DNA of 64,000 nt from positions 23,622,001 through 23,686,000 of the forward strand of contig OZ024750.1 of NCBI GenBank assembly GCA_964016885.1. Reading direction: 5' to 3'. The notes under the pieces were generated by a model. That model saw only the letters and a list, made by a program, of their open reading frames with translations, was not told the origin of the DNA and did not search any database. Within the stretch, counting starts at the first letter, position 1; each line of letters begins with the position of its first letter. The DNA comes from Eledone cirrhosa. Taxonomy: Eukaryota. Of the stretch, positions 1-11,980 are shown piece by piece. A program made the position numbers and the translations under genes.

Positions 1-1358
1 ATGTGTACACTAGTAATATACAGAACTACATGTGAGTACAGATGTGTACACTAGTAATATACAGGACTACATGTGAATACACGTGTACACTAGTAATATA
101 CAGGACTACATGTGAATACACATGTGTACACTAGTAATATACAGGACTACATATGAGTATACATGTGTATATTAGTAATATACAGGACTACATGTGAGTA
201 TACATGTGTACACTATTAATATACAGGACATGAGAGGACACGTGTACATTAGTCAAATATAAAGCTACATGTGAGTACACATGTATATTAGTAATATATA
301 GGACTACATGTGAGTACACATACGTGCATTAGTAAAATATAGGGCTACATGTGTGTACATATGTGTACACTAGTAGTATACAGGAATACACACTAGTATA
401 TGTGTACATTAGTAATATGTATAACTACACATGTGTACTCTAGTAATACACAGGACTACATGTTTGTACACATGTGTACACTAGTAATACACAGGACTAG
501 ATGTTTGTACACATGTGTACACTAGTAATACACAGGACTACATGTTTGTACACATGTGTACACTAGTAATACACAGGACTACATGTTTGTACACATGTGT
601 ACACTAGTAATACACAGGACTGCATGTTTGTACACATGTGTACACTAGTAATACACAGGACTAGATGTTTGTACACATGTGTACACTAGTAATACACAGG
701 ACTACATGTTTGTACACATGTGTACACTAGTAATACACAGGACTAGATGTTTGTACACATGTGTACAGTAGTAATACACAGGACTACATGTTTGTACACA
801 TGTGTACACTAGTAATACACAGGACTACATGTTTGTACACATGTGTACACTAGTAATACACAGGACTGCATGTTTGTACACATGTGTACACTAGTAATAC
901 ACAGGACTAGATGTTTGTACACACGTGTACACTAGTAATACACAGGACTACATGTTTGTACACATGTGTACACTAGTAATACACAGGACTACATGTTTGT
1001 ACACATGTGTACTCTAGTAATACACAGGACTACATGTTTGTACACATGTGTACACTAGTAATACACAGGACTACATGTTTGTACACATGTGTACACTAGT
1101 AATACACAGGACTACATGTTTGTACACATGTGTACACTAGTAATACACAGGACTACATGTTTGTACACATGTGTACTCTAGTAATACACAGGACTACATG
1201 TTTGTACACATGTGTACACTAGTAATACACAGGACTACATGTTTGTACACATGTGTACACTAGTAATACACAGGACTACATGTTTGTACACATGTGTACA
1301 CTAGTAATACACAGGACTACATGTTTGTACACATGTGTACACTAGTATTATACAAGAC
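1..1358. repeat. 41-bp minisatellite (ACTAGTAATACACAGGACTACATGTTTGTACACATGTGTAC)n with an internal 16-bp palindrome
   Basis: Period 41 (e.g. 521 and 562); about 22 near-identical units at 440-1345, more diverged units at 1-440. Confidence 0.95.
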
Positions 1359-1401
1359 TACCCACGAATACACAGTAGTAGGAATAATGGAAAAAACCAA
1401 C

Positions 1402-1661
1402 CTTTCAATTTTAAGCTCAAGTAGACTGTTTTGTTGTACTGTGATGATGATTTTCTTATCCATATTGCACCGTAGTTTGAAACAGCTCTTGTCCCTGGGG
1501 ACAGTTGAGAAGTTCCCACGGGTATCATCTTCTTTGAACTCGAGGCCAACACTGAAGATGAACTTTTGTTCAGATTCAGACAGGCTGCTAATTGATTCAC
1601 TGCGAGGCTGCTTAGGAACACGCCTGAATGTTGTAGCAAAGCAGTACAAAACTTTGGCCAC
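1402..1661 (-). CDS. RABGAP1: RABGAP1-like exon, end of PTB and start of kinesin-like/DUF3694 region (VAKVLYCFATTFRR...KEDDTRGNFSTVPRDK...LELKIER)
   Basis: Acceptor ctgttatAG (1663-1662), donor AAAG|GTTGGT (1401); 260 nt, phase 0 to 2; lies within ORF 1317..1661. Confidence 0.93.
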
Positions 1662-1873
1662 CTATAACAGAACCACAGAGACAACATGAATTAACTGAGA
1701 AGATTTCCTTGTAACTGATATATGAAGGAAACAAAAAGACCTTGCTGATACTGTCTACCAATTACAATTCCTGATGGAAAGAAGTGGGATTTGAGCTCAT
1801 AATGTATTGAGCCAGATCAGATAACATAACACATCCTTTCTGATTCTTTAACAAGTCGACCAATTCATTTCCC

Positions 1874-2091
1874 TTAACCCTTTCGCATTTAAACCGGTCG
1901 TATCCGGCCAGAATTCTCTCACCTCTTTCTGTTCAAACCAACCATAACCGGCTATGCATACTAATGTTAAGGTATTGTTCTCAAAATAAATAATATCAAA
2001 ATCTCATAGATTCGATATTGTGTGAGGTAAAGACTTTACCGTGAAAATACAATAATATATATATAGAGTAATGTAAATGCTGAAGGGTTAA
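1874..2091. mobile_element. piggyBac-like MITE family A (~215 bp)
   Basis: TTAA|CCCTTT.GCATTTA...TAAATGCT.AAGGG|TTAA. Other copies at 7164-7392, 10101-10318, 12479-12695, 16080-16302, 19955-20168, 32210-32423, 60169-60404; partial copies near 29000-29130, 29330-29399 and 62567-62745. Confidence 0.85.
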
Positions 2092-2625
2092 ACTGCCTCT
2101 GGTTCTCTGAAACTGTCAACTTTATATAACTCTACTGTTGTAGGATACTCCAAATGTGTTTTAACTAAGTTATTGAGACATTCAATATAATCATTTTACA
2201 TCTGTTTTCCATGCTGGCATGAATTGATCAGTAAATGATCTCTTCACTTAACAAGTTTCTGTTTCAATGTCCAAGACAAAAAGCAAATTGGTTGGTAAAC
2301 AAAATCCTCACTTCATCACTAGTTTTAATTTCAGCAACATGGTTGTAACATATCCATTTTAAAGGGTTCCTATTTGAATTAAAATCTTTTAACATAATTT
2401 TATATAAAAAATTTTTTGTTAATAATGAAATATTTGATAAATGTAGTAGATCCCTCCAAATTCTTCATTAATTAATAGAAATACAGTGTACTTCATTCAA
2501 AATATGGTCATGAAAGGCTTAAATGAATTGGAATAATGATCAGTGAAATGTACATAGCAGCTGAAGGGTCAAGAGAATAACAGAGAATTAGAATGAAAGA
2601 CATGAAGACAAATGTAAAAACTGAC

Positions 2626-2809
2626 CGCTTCAGGTAAGTCACATCTAAATACATGGCATTGAAAGATGGTAGTTTCTGCCGTATCCCCATGGCTACAGGT
2701 GAAAGCAAAACAGCGTCTTTCATTGCTGTCAGTGGGTCCGCGAGCACAAAAGAGAATTCTATGTATTCTATAGCTGGCAATGTCAGAGTTTGTTGTAGGG
2801 TCCAGTAAC
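2626..2809 (-). CDS. RABGAP1: RABGAP1-like exon, PTB domain C-terminal half (LLDPTTNSDIASYRIHRILFCARGPTDSNERRCFAFTCSHGDTAETTIFQCHVFRCDLPEA)
   Basis: Acceptor ctctctAG (2811-2810), donor GCG|GTCAGT (2625); 184 nt, phase 2 to 0; lies within ORF 2569..2865. Confidence 0.95.
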
Positions 2810-2861
2810 CTAGAGAGGGATGAGAAAGAGGAAAAGGAAAAAATAAAATAAAATTTACAGA

Positions 2862-3505
2862 TCACACTTATGTAGTAGCTGGCCTCCTGTAGAGTTGTCT
2901 TTCATAGGAAGTTTCTTGGATGTTTTAATGATAGGGGCCTCAGTCCTAGTATACACATGTGTATGTTGTTGTTATTGCTCACATCTAAGCAGATTTAACT
3001 GGCCTCCTCTGAGGTTGTATCATATAAGAGGTTTCTCAGGGGTTTTAATGATTGGGGCCCAGTCCTATCATACACATATGTATGTTGTTGTTACAGATCA
3101 CACCTAGGCAGGTTTAGCTGGCTTTCCATGGAGTTGTATCTCATAGGAGATTTCTCAGTTGTTTTAATGATAAGGGCTCCAGTCCCATTGAAATAACCAC
3201 TCATACGTATGCAGATTTATTTGGGCTCCTACAGCATTCTATCTCAAAGGAAGTTTCTTAGCTGTTTTATTGATAAGGGCTCCAGTCCTACCATGAAATG
3301 AACAGCTCACACTTATGACGTTTAACTGGTCTTCTACAACATTGCATCCCACAGGAAATTTCTCGTGTTTTAATCATAGAGGCCACAGTCCTATCATGAA
3401 AAGTTGCATGAAATTAAACATCTTGCTCAAGAATACAACATGCCACCCAGTTCAGGAATCAAACCCATGACCATACCATTATGAGTCCAACACCTTAACC
3501 ACTAG
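2862..3505. repeat. About 5 diverged ~115-bp tandem units followed by a tRNA/CORE-SINE head (minus strand)
   Basis: Recurring ctggcctcct..gagttg.atctcataggaagtttct...gttttaatgataggggc.cagtccta; the same unit sits next to a SINE head at ~14780-15170 and ~35820-36035, and also near 62790-63030. Confidence 0.7.
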
Positions 3506-4394
3506 ACATCATCATCATCATCATCATAATAATCACGGTTTAAAGTCTATTTTCCATGCTTGCATGGGTTAGATGGGCCGTCCATATCATGAGACAAGCT
3601 GTAAATTTGGCCTGGGTTTTTACAGCTGGATGCCTTTCGTAACACCAACCACATTACACAACTTCAATAATAAGTAGTGACTGGATAATGTATTTTTTAG
3701 ATTGTCATGCTGCCAATAAAAATACATAGCTGGATGCCCTTCCTAACACTAACCACTTTACACACTGTCGGGTTTTATAATAGTAGAACACTTCAGTTGA
3801 GCTGATCTTTCCATAGTGGTAAATCATTAACAAGTTGCATACTTATAGAAAGTCTTAAGTAATTCATAGGTTTCAACAGGTTCCATTGATAAATGTACTA
3901 GCTGACCTTTCTTTAGCTCCCACCCCACCCCTGTCCCCTACCCTTCTCCTCTACCTTACCTTCTTCCTGTGAGCCAGATGTTTCAAACCATGATAACTGA
4001 TAATAAAATCACCATTAAGACTGACATTATAGAGAGCTGTGGGCTGGTAAAATCAAATATTTCTCTCTCAAGGTTTATTTAATTGATAGATAGAACACCA
4101 ACCTGCTACTAATGATGCTGATCCATTCATTACACCTGACCTCTAATTGCTAACTAGTTCAGTTCCACCATACCTGACTGTGTGTCGGGTGTGATGGTAA
4201 GGTCATGACCTCTCAAGCAAGGTCAACTAGGAAAAGCTTACTGAAACAACTTCCATGTAAGAAAGAGGAGGAGTTTATTTATTGTAGCTTGGATTATAAT
4301 ACAACTGAATTGCTAATGCAAATATTTGAATTAATACAACTAGGGAAACCCCTTACAGTATGAAAAAAATCTTAAGAAAACAAATTAGATATCT

Positions 4395-4687
4395 TTAACC
4401 CTTTTGATATGAACCCAGCCAAAACATGCTCTGTCTCTATGAAACAAAGAGAATCATTTTAAAGGGTTCCTATTTAGATTTAAATATAGAAACATAATAT
4501 TATATAATAATTGTTTCTACTTTTGGCACAAGGCCAGCAATTATTCCAGTGTATTACTGGTACTTTAATATTATATAATAATGATAGTAATGAAATAATT
4601 AATAATTTCATCAAATCTTTCAATATTATTCATTAATTATTTAAAATAGAGCGTATTTCATTAGAAATACAGCCACAAAAGGGTTAA
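4395..4687. mobile_element. piggyBac-like MITE family B containing a truncated SINE
   Basis: TTAA|CCCTTTTG...CAAAAGGG|TTAA. Related copies at 9906-10373, ~10620-10867, ~29740-29968, ~31500-31723, ~56070-56420, 60974-61429 and 62190-62510. Confidence 0.7.
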
Positions 4688-4796
4688 ATTCCAACATAAT
4701 TTTATATTAGAACTATAGATTAAGTTACTACTTTAGTAATGAAAATTCATTAATTAATTGAAATAGAATGGGTTAAAAGAAAATATTTGTCTGACA

Positions 4797-4885
4797 GGTA
4801 GGAGACCCAGGGGTAAACCCCGAGCAAGATGGTTGGAAAACATTCATGAACTTGGCTGGTCACGCTTCGGGATCCAGCCATGGTG
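4797..4885 (+). mobile_element. RTE-type LINE C-terminal fragment
   Basis: Translates to GRRPRGKPRARWLENIHELGWSRFGIQP, matching the RTE 'R-RGRP--RW' motif. Confidence 0.55.
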
Positions 4886-5632
4886 CAGTTGAGATATACC
4901 ATTCAGCCAACAGTGTACAGTTTGGCCCTTCCCCACTCCTTCCTTTTCCTATCACTTTTGTCATGATATTATAAACCTATTTTGAAAAAAACTGCTTTAT
5001 AATGTCTCTATTCTGAATAAACCTATGAAATTCTAGAAGTTTAACTTTTCCAGTTATGTCAGTGAATTCAGTTTAGTTTTGTAATGAATAAATATGACAA
5101 TGGGAGTAAAAATTGTTACCGTTTTGCTCCAGGTTTGCCCTAATCTAGCAAGACTATGACCAAGTCAAAGCAGTAGTGGGCCAGATAGAATCAGCTGGCA
5201 TTGACCTACAATTCTTTGTGGCATAGAATTTTGAAGAAGCCTACTCAATTTAAGTCCAAGTTCTTTAATTTTGTTCTGTTAAATAATAATAATAATGAAA
5301 TTATTGTGTAAAGTGCTCAGGTGCACTACAACTTGTCAAAGGTGCATGTATAGTACATAGAATAATATTCAAATGTCAGGGAAGTGAATAGTAGTGTATG
5401 AGTCATGATATACATGTGTGTATGTGTATGGAGGGGGAATATTAGGTGTAGTGTTGGTGAATCTCAGGAAGCATGTGCATCCTGTACACTACATGTATAT
5501 GCGTATATATACCTGTAACATAACCCATAAATAAATTGTATGTATTTGGCACTAATTACTAAGATACTTCCTGAGCAGTTGGAAATGGAGCCTGCTTTTC
5601 ACATCTGGCTTGGGCCTATTACCAACTATTTT

Positions 5633-5669
5633 TGGGAGGGGGGAGGGGGGGGGGGGGGGGGGGGGGGGG
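5633..5669 (+). repeat. Poly-G tract (G4-capable)
   Basis: About 35 G with two A interruptions; a second G-rich tract at 27710-27740. Confidence 0.85.
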
Positions 5670-6208
5670 CTACATTTTATATCTGACCAGAACCTATTAC
5701 CAACTTTGCGGGCTTATATTTCACATCTGTATGGACTGGGTGCCCTGTATACTATCCCCTGTATACTGTATCAGTTTTAATTGAGTCACTGTTCTCCTAG
5801 ATTGGTTGCCTTTAGTACAGCTTAAGGAGTTCTCTTCTGTGTAAGTATTTATTTTTAGTTAGTTCTCCCTTGGACTAATATTTTATGGATTTCAGAATTA
5901 ACAGACCAACTAATAATAATTGTTTCTACTTTTGGCACAAGGCCAGCAATGTGAAGGGAAGGAAAAGTCGATTAAATCAACCCCAGTACATTATTGGTAC
6001 TTTATTTTATCGACCTCCATAAAGATGAAAGGTAAAGCTAACCTCAGCGGAATTTGAACTCAGAAGATAAAGGGACGTCATTCTATGCCACAAAGCATGT
6101 TGTCCAACATTCTACCGATTAACAATAGGTCAAGATTTATCTGTAAGGTTGGTAAGATTAAAAAATGAAAAATGAAAAATAAAACTTCAAGAGAATGGAC
6201 TGACTCAC

Positions 6209-6413
6209 CTGACAATACCTTCTGATGTGCTGGGCACTGATAATATAACTGGTATAGACATCTGGGATTGTTCATTGAGAACGGCCATATTTCGGTAGAT
6301 CTCCACCTCACTGCGGGGAGCATTGACAGTAGCACAGCCAAGGTAGGTAACTCCGTGAAAAATAGTAGCATCACCGTTAGGAGTGACTGGTAAAGAGACA
6401 GACCGACCTCTGT
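6209..6413 (-). CDS. RABGAP1: RABGAP1-like exon, PTB domain N-terminal half (DRGRSVSLPVTPNGDATIFHGVTYLGCATVNAPRSEVEIYRNMAVLNEQSQMSIPVILSVPSTSEGIVR)
   Basis: Acceptor ttcattttcAG (6415-6414), donor AG|GTGAGT (6208); 205 nt, phase 1 to 2; hand-translated frame not shown in the ORF track. Confidence 0.95.
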
Positions 6414-6675
6414 CTGAAAATGAAAGGAATCACATAGTGAGCCTGTTTGGAGTGGAACCGCTAAGGAATAGCAAGGGTTTTTATTTTATTTTATTTTATT
6501 TTATATTTCTTGTGTGTTTAAAAACCCGGGGAAAGTTAAATAATTATTCTATATAAACTAGTTAGGACTGGGTGAAATAAAGATTTGACTGAGGTAATAG
6601 GTATGTTAAATATGTTACATAGCCGCAACAGAGTACGTGTGTTTGTGTGTGTGTGCGTGTGCATGCGTGTCAAAA

Positions 6676-7065
6676 CCATCACTGCTTTTTGTCCATTTTC
6701 CATGGTGGCATGGGTTGGACAGGTTGTCATTCTAAAACTAGACAGGACAGATGACCATGACTTGCTCATATATTCCATTTTTGCATGGTATCTACAGTTG
6801 GATGCTCTTCCTAACACCAACCACTTTACAAAGTGTACTGGGTGCACCAACACTGGAGAGGACTTGACAACCTCTCTAATGTTGATGCCATGAGAAAATG
6901 CACCCAGTACAGTTTGTAAAGTGGCTTGCATTAAAAAGGGGCATCTAGCAGTAGAAACCATACCAAAATAGAATGTATGAACAAGTAGTCCTCTATTCTA
7001 TTTAGTCTCAGATGACCTATCCAACCCATACCAACATGGAAATCAGATGTAAAATGATAATGATG
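6676..7065. mobile_element. Head-to-head inverted pair of RTE-tailed SINE 3' halves
   Basis: 6690-6846 aligns to the reverse complement of 6899-7050; both outer ends carry the ccaacccatg..catggaaa RTE-type tail. Confidence 0.75.
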
Positions 7066-8332
7066 AATGTCACGATAACTTGGTTAACAACACACCCAGA
7101 ATATCCTACAGTAGATTTATATAATTTTGAAATAATATTAAAACATATGTTACCCCAGTCTATTTAACCATTTAGCATTTACATTACTCTATATATACTA
7201 TTGTATTTTTGCTGTAACCACTTTACCTGACATAATTATCTCACATAATATCGAATCTATGAGATTTTGATGTTATTTATTTTGAGAACAATACCTTAAC
7301 ATCAGTATGAGCAGCCGATTACAGCCAGTTTGAACAGAAAGAGGTGAGAGAATTCTGGCTGGATACGGCCAGTTTAAATGCTAAAGGGTTAAACAACTTT
7401 GAAAAATAAATCAACAATGTTTCTGTTAGCCCAGTAGATAAACACAATGTTGAAATATGTTAAAAGTTGTGTTACCCCAGTTATTTAGTGAAAAATATGC
7501 CAGAATTCCAGTTTATCTAAAATACATTATACAGAAAAATACATTAGACATTTTTTACTGAAAAATATATAAAACCTTTTTTTTTTGTGTGTTAGTCCAG
7601 TCTAACTACTGAAAAATATATGTGTTAGTCATGGATTTATATAATGTTGAAGTATGTCAGAAATTGCATTACACCAGTCTATTTTTGTTTGTGTTTTTGT
7701 GTTAGCCCAATATAATGTTGAAATATACTATTTGTGTTGACCCAATGTTAAGAGTATCCAGTTTAGAATAGATACACCATATCCTTGTGACTAAAAGGGT
7801 TGGCACCAGGAAAGGTATCCAACCCTAAAACATTGCTTTAAAATGAACCCCATCATGATAACCATAAAGCCTTTCACGAGGTCTGCAAAGCTTTAGCAGT
7901 TGGGTAAAATAGCCTTAAAATGTTTGCTGCTGTTGCTGTTTGTTACCCCAGTCAATTTTCAAATCTCTAAGTTGAGATTATATATAAAAAAAAATTTAAA
8001 AAGGACAATTGAAAGAGGTTGTCTTTTTCCATTCTCCACATAGATTAGTTTTAGATTAATGAAAATCTTCATACTTTTAAAGAGGGGGTAAGTTAGTATT
8101 TAAAATACTTCATGCAACATGAGCAAGGATGAAAGAACAATACAGTTAATTCAACTGTGTGAATGGAAAGTAAATTTAGTCATTAGTAATATATAGTAAG
8201 TTTAAGGGGGTGAAGGAGAAGGTTCTAACAGCTAGATAGTTAATTAAATTATACAAACAGACTCCACTTGTTTTAACAGAATACGCATTGCAGCAAGACA
8301 GCCTATTGTTGACTTATTGCATTGCTTATAAC

Positions 8333-8378
<46 letters not shown>

Positions 8379-8654
8379 CTATACAGCCACTCTTCACTAA
8401 ACAACCAGTTTCTATTCCAATAATCTGGTCAGAAAATATCTTTAGTTACTTTTTAATGTCATGGGTGATAGAGTCCATAAGATTATGAAAACTTACTAAG
8501 TATCAGTTTTATATGATATTATCTGTATTAAGACAGCCATGAAGGTCTGATGGAAACACTATTTTAGTAACTTAGTAACTGTAAACAACTTACAAACAGG
8601 AAAAATAAATTTGAAGCTGTCCGATGAGTGAGTGTTAGAATTCATAGAATAACA

Positions 8655-8851
8655 ATAATAATTGTTTCTACTTTTTGGCACAAGGCCAGCAATTATATCC
8701 CAGTGTATTACTGGTACTTTATTTTATCGACCCCGGTAAGGATGAAAGGCAAAGTTAACCTCGGCGGGATTTGAACACAGACCATAAAAGGCTGTAACTC
8801 TATGCGCTGCAAAGCATGGCGTCCAACCCTCTACCGATACTGCCAATCCAA
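8655..8851 (-). mobile_element. tRNA-derived SINE family B, (ATT)n-tailed
   Basis: A box TGGCAGTATCGG, B box GTTCAAATCC, central GCCTTTCATCCTTAC(C)GGGGTCGATAAAATAAAGTACC, tail GTGCCAAAAAGTAGAAACAATTATT. Confidence 0.8.
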
Positions 8852-8879
8852 TAATGGTCGTAAGTAAGCTTGAGTGGTT

Positions 8880-9500
8880 GTGAGATGAGACGGTCGTTAA
8901 TTGGGATGGTCGTTAAATGAGACGGTCGTTAATTGACACGGTCGTTAATTGGGATGGTCGTTAAATGAGACGAGCGTTAATTGACACGGTCGTTAATTGG
9001 GATGGTCGTTAAATGAGACGAGCGTTAATTGACACGGTCGTTAATTGGGATGATCGTTAAATGAGACGAATGTTAATTGGGATGGTCGTTAAATGAGACG
9101 ATCGTTAATTCGGATGATCGTTGAATGAAACGATCGTTAAGTGGGATGGTCGTTAAATGAGACGGTCGTTAATTGGGATGATCGTTAATTATAATGGTCG
9201 TTAAAGAGACGGTTGTTAATTGAGATGGTTGTTAAACTAGTCGGTCGTTAAACTCGAAGTCGTTAATTGCGATGGTCCTTAAAGGAGATGGTCGTTAAAG
9301 GAGGTGGTCGTTAAAGGAGATGGTCCTTAAAGGAGATGGTCCTTAAAGGAGATGGTCGTTAAAGGAGGTGGTCGTTAAATGAGGCAGTTTGTCGTTAAAG
9401 GAGGGGGTCGTTAAAGGAGGCAGTTGTTCATTAAATGAGGTGGTTGTTATATGAGATTACCGTTAAATGAGACTTCGTTATAGGAAATGGCTGTTGAGGA
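8880..9500. repeat. 16-bp CpG-rich minisatellite (GAGACGGTCGTTAATT / GGGATGGTCGTTAAAT) with 48-bp higher-order units
   Basis: Units read directly from 8887; consensus drifts to GGAGGTGGTCGTTAAA on the right. Confidence 0.9.
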
Positions 9501-9713
9501 GTGGCTGTATATTTATTTAAGTTAACTACAAAGCAAGAGACAGACAAGTTGCCAACACTTCTAGAGCCCCTGAAAGTCAAGTTTGCAAATAATTAACAAT
9601 GAACAAACATGAAAGGAAAAATATTTTAAGATAACAGAGAGAGAGAGAGAAAGAGAGAGAGAGGGAGAAGAGGGGGTTGTTAATGGGCGTGTTGTAGAAT
9701 ATACTGGAAGATG

Positions 9714-9748
<35 letters not shown>

Positions 9749-9823
9749 CAACTGTCAGGAAAGAGTCTGAGGGTTAAAAAAACTAGATTAAAAACTCTGA
9801 AAGTGAGCACACAGCATATACAA

Positions 9824-10455
9824 GACTGGTTCCCAACCTGAAGGTCTGCAAACATCTGGAGGTCCACAAAGATAGTATGGAGGAGAAGTTCAACATTTCA
9901 AGTACTTAACTCTTTTGTTACCATATTTCTAAAGAAAGACACTGCCTATGATTTTCAAATAATTTTGAAAGTACTCGAGAATTTTGAGGGATTTAGTAAA
10001 ACAATTAACTTTCTCATTATTAATCTGTTTGGAACATAACTTAACAAAGGTTCTTACATGAGATGATGATAGATTTTTTTTTTAGATAAATATAAATATT
10101 TTAACCCTTTAGCATTTATACTGGCCAAATCCGACCAGAATTCTCTCACCTCTTTCTGTTCAAACCAGCCATTCATACTAATGTTAATAAGGTATTGTTC
10201 TCAAAATAAATAATATCAAAATCTCATAGATTCAATACTATGTGCAATAAAGCCTTTACTGTGAAAATACAAGAAATACAATAGAAAATATAGAATAATG
10301 TAAATGCTAAAGGGTTAAAACAGTTTTGAATCATAAAACCACATGCAGGATGGTTTGGTATCAAAAGAGTTAAAAATATAATAATATGCACACACTATTG
10401 CATATCCATCACTGGATACACAATATTATGTTAGTGATATGGTTGGGAACCATTG
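9824..10455. mobile_element. hAT/Charlie-like MITE containing MITE B, which contains MITE A
   Basis: TIR-like ends (g)actggttcccaacc / ggttgggaaccattg; inner TTAA-bounded elements at 9906-10373 and 10101-10318; outer TSD not resolved. Confidence 0.6.
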
Positions 10456-11809
10456 GTATATGAGAAGACATGCAGGTAAAAGTTATAACATCACCTTTAT
10501 AGCCTAAAAACTTGAGAGGAAACATGGAATTAATACAGTTTTATTATTAAATAATATAGCAGGGAATTTTTTTTTTTTTTTTTTTTTCAAAATAACTAAC
10601 CTTTTAAAACAGAATAACCTAAAATTTAGTTTAATCCTTTTAATAACAACCTGTCTAAAACCACATTTGGTTCTATGAAACAAAACCACCCATTTTAAAG
10701 GTTTTCTATTTAAATTAAAATCTTCCAACATAATTTTATTTAAGAACCATGTTAAATTTCTATATTAGTATTGAAGTAATTAATAGTTTTAGTAAATCCC
10801 TCAACATTCTTCATTAATGAATTAAAATTGAATGTATTTCATTAGATATATAGTCACAAAAGTATTAATGCTTATAAGAAGCTAGAAAAGGGTCTTAAAG
10901 ATGACCTCAGAGAGATTTGAAATTAAGATGCTCTAACAACTCTGCCAATTTGCCACCTAGCCGCAAAGTCTTTCTAGTCTACAGGTATGATGTTGACTTA
11001 GGGAACACCCTGGTTGGGGTTCAAATCTCATACATAATTTAATTACTTCACAAAAGTCAACAAATATAATCCTAGTAAAAATTACTCCATAATTACTACT
11101 ATTTACAATCCACGACAACATCAAGAGTTCTTTTGAACTTTTCCCGCTGACCAATCACTGCCCAGGCCCTAAACACCCCAGAAATCGATGGAGCTCACTG
11201 CAAAGTTCATATTCTGACTAATTTTTCACCTTTAGTTTTAGGCATATCATGCAACATCGGAGGCTGAGTTAAATTTTTTTAACGAGTTTCATTAGCACCC
11301 TTGATCCTGTCGCAGACTGTTAGAGATTTATAGAAAAAAGAAACGATAAGGATTTCTTACATTGGGACAATGCCAGCAATTTGAGGGGAGGGAAAGTTGA
11401 TTACATCAACCCCAGTGTTTGACTGGTACTTTATTTTATCAACCATGGAAGGATGAAAGGCAAAGTTGACCCTGGCAGGATTTGAAATCAAAATGTAAAT
11501 CTTTTCTTTTAATATAATGATAATGATGATGATGAATGTTTTTACGTAGGCACAATGCTGGGAATGTTGTGGGGTGGGAACAGTTGAGTATATTGACCCC
11601 AGTACTTAACTGGTACATTATTTTATTGACATCAGTGTTGACCTTGGGATTTGAACTCAGAATGTAAAGCACTTTTATAAGTAGCTAAAAATAAACTACT
11701 TACTATCTTCAAATTAGGTTTAATTAATTAAATATTGTTATAATGTAAGTTTTATTTTTATAAGTTTTAATATATACTAAGTTATTTGGTCATTTTCTGA
11801 ATACTAAAC

Positions 11810-11980
11810 AACTTTACTAACACAGTACTATGTCTACACTACTAACGCAGCTTTATACTATACCAACACAGTACTACATCTAACATAGTACACTACTAAC
11901 ACAGTACTATATATACTAACACAGTACTATATCTACTAAAATAATACTATATCTACTGAGATAATACTCTCTGTAACTAA
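11810..11980. repeat. Degenerate ~20-bp tandem repeat (tactaacacagtactata..)
   Basis: About 7 diverged units seen directly. Confidence 0.7.

Noticed and set aside
1-1358. CRISPR-like palindromic repeats
   Set aside because: No spacers; this is a head-to-tail minisatellite.
6078-6374. 98-aa ORF from the track
   Set aside because: Alternative frame over the real exon 6209-6413.
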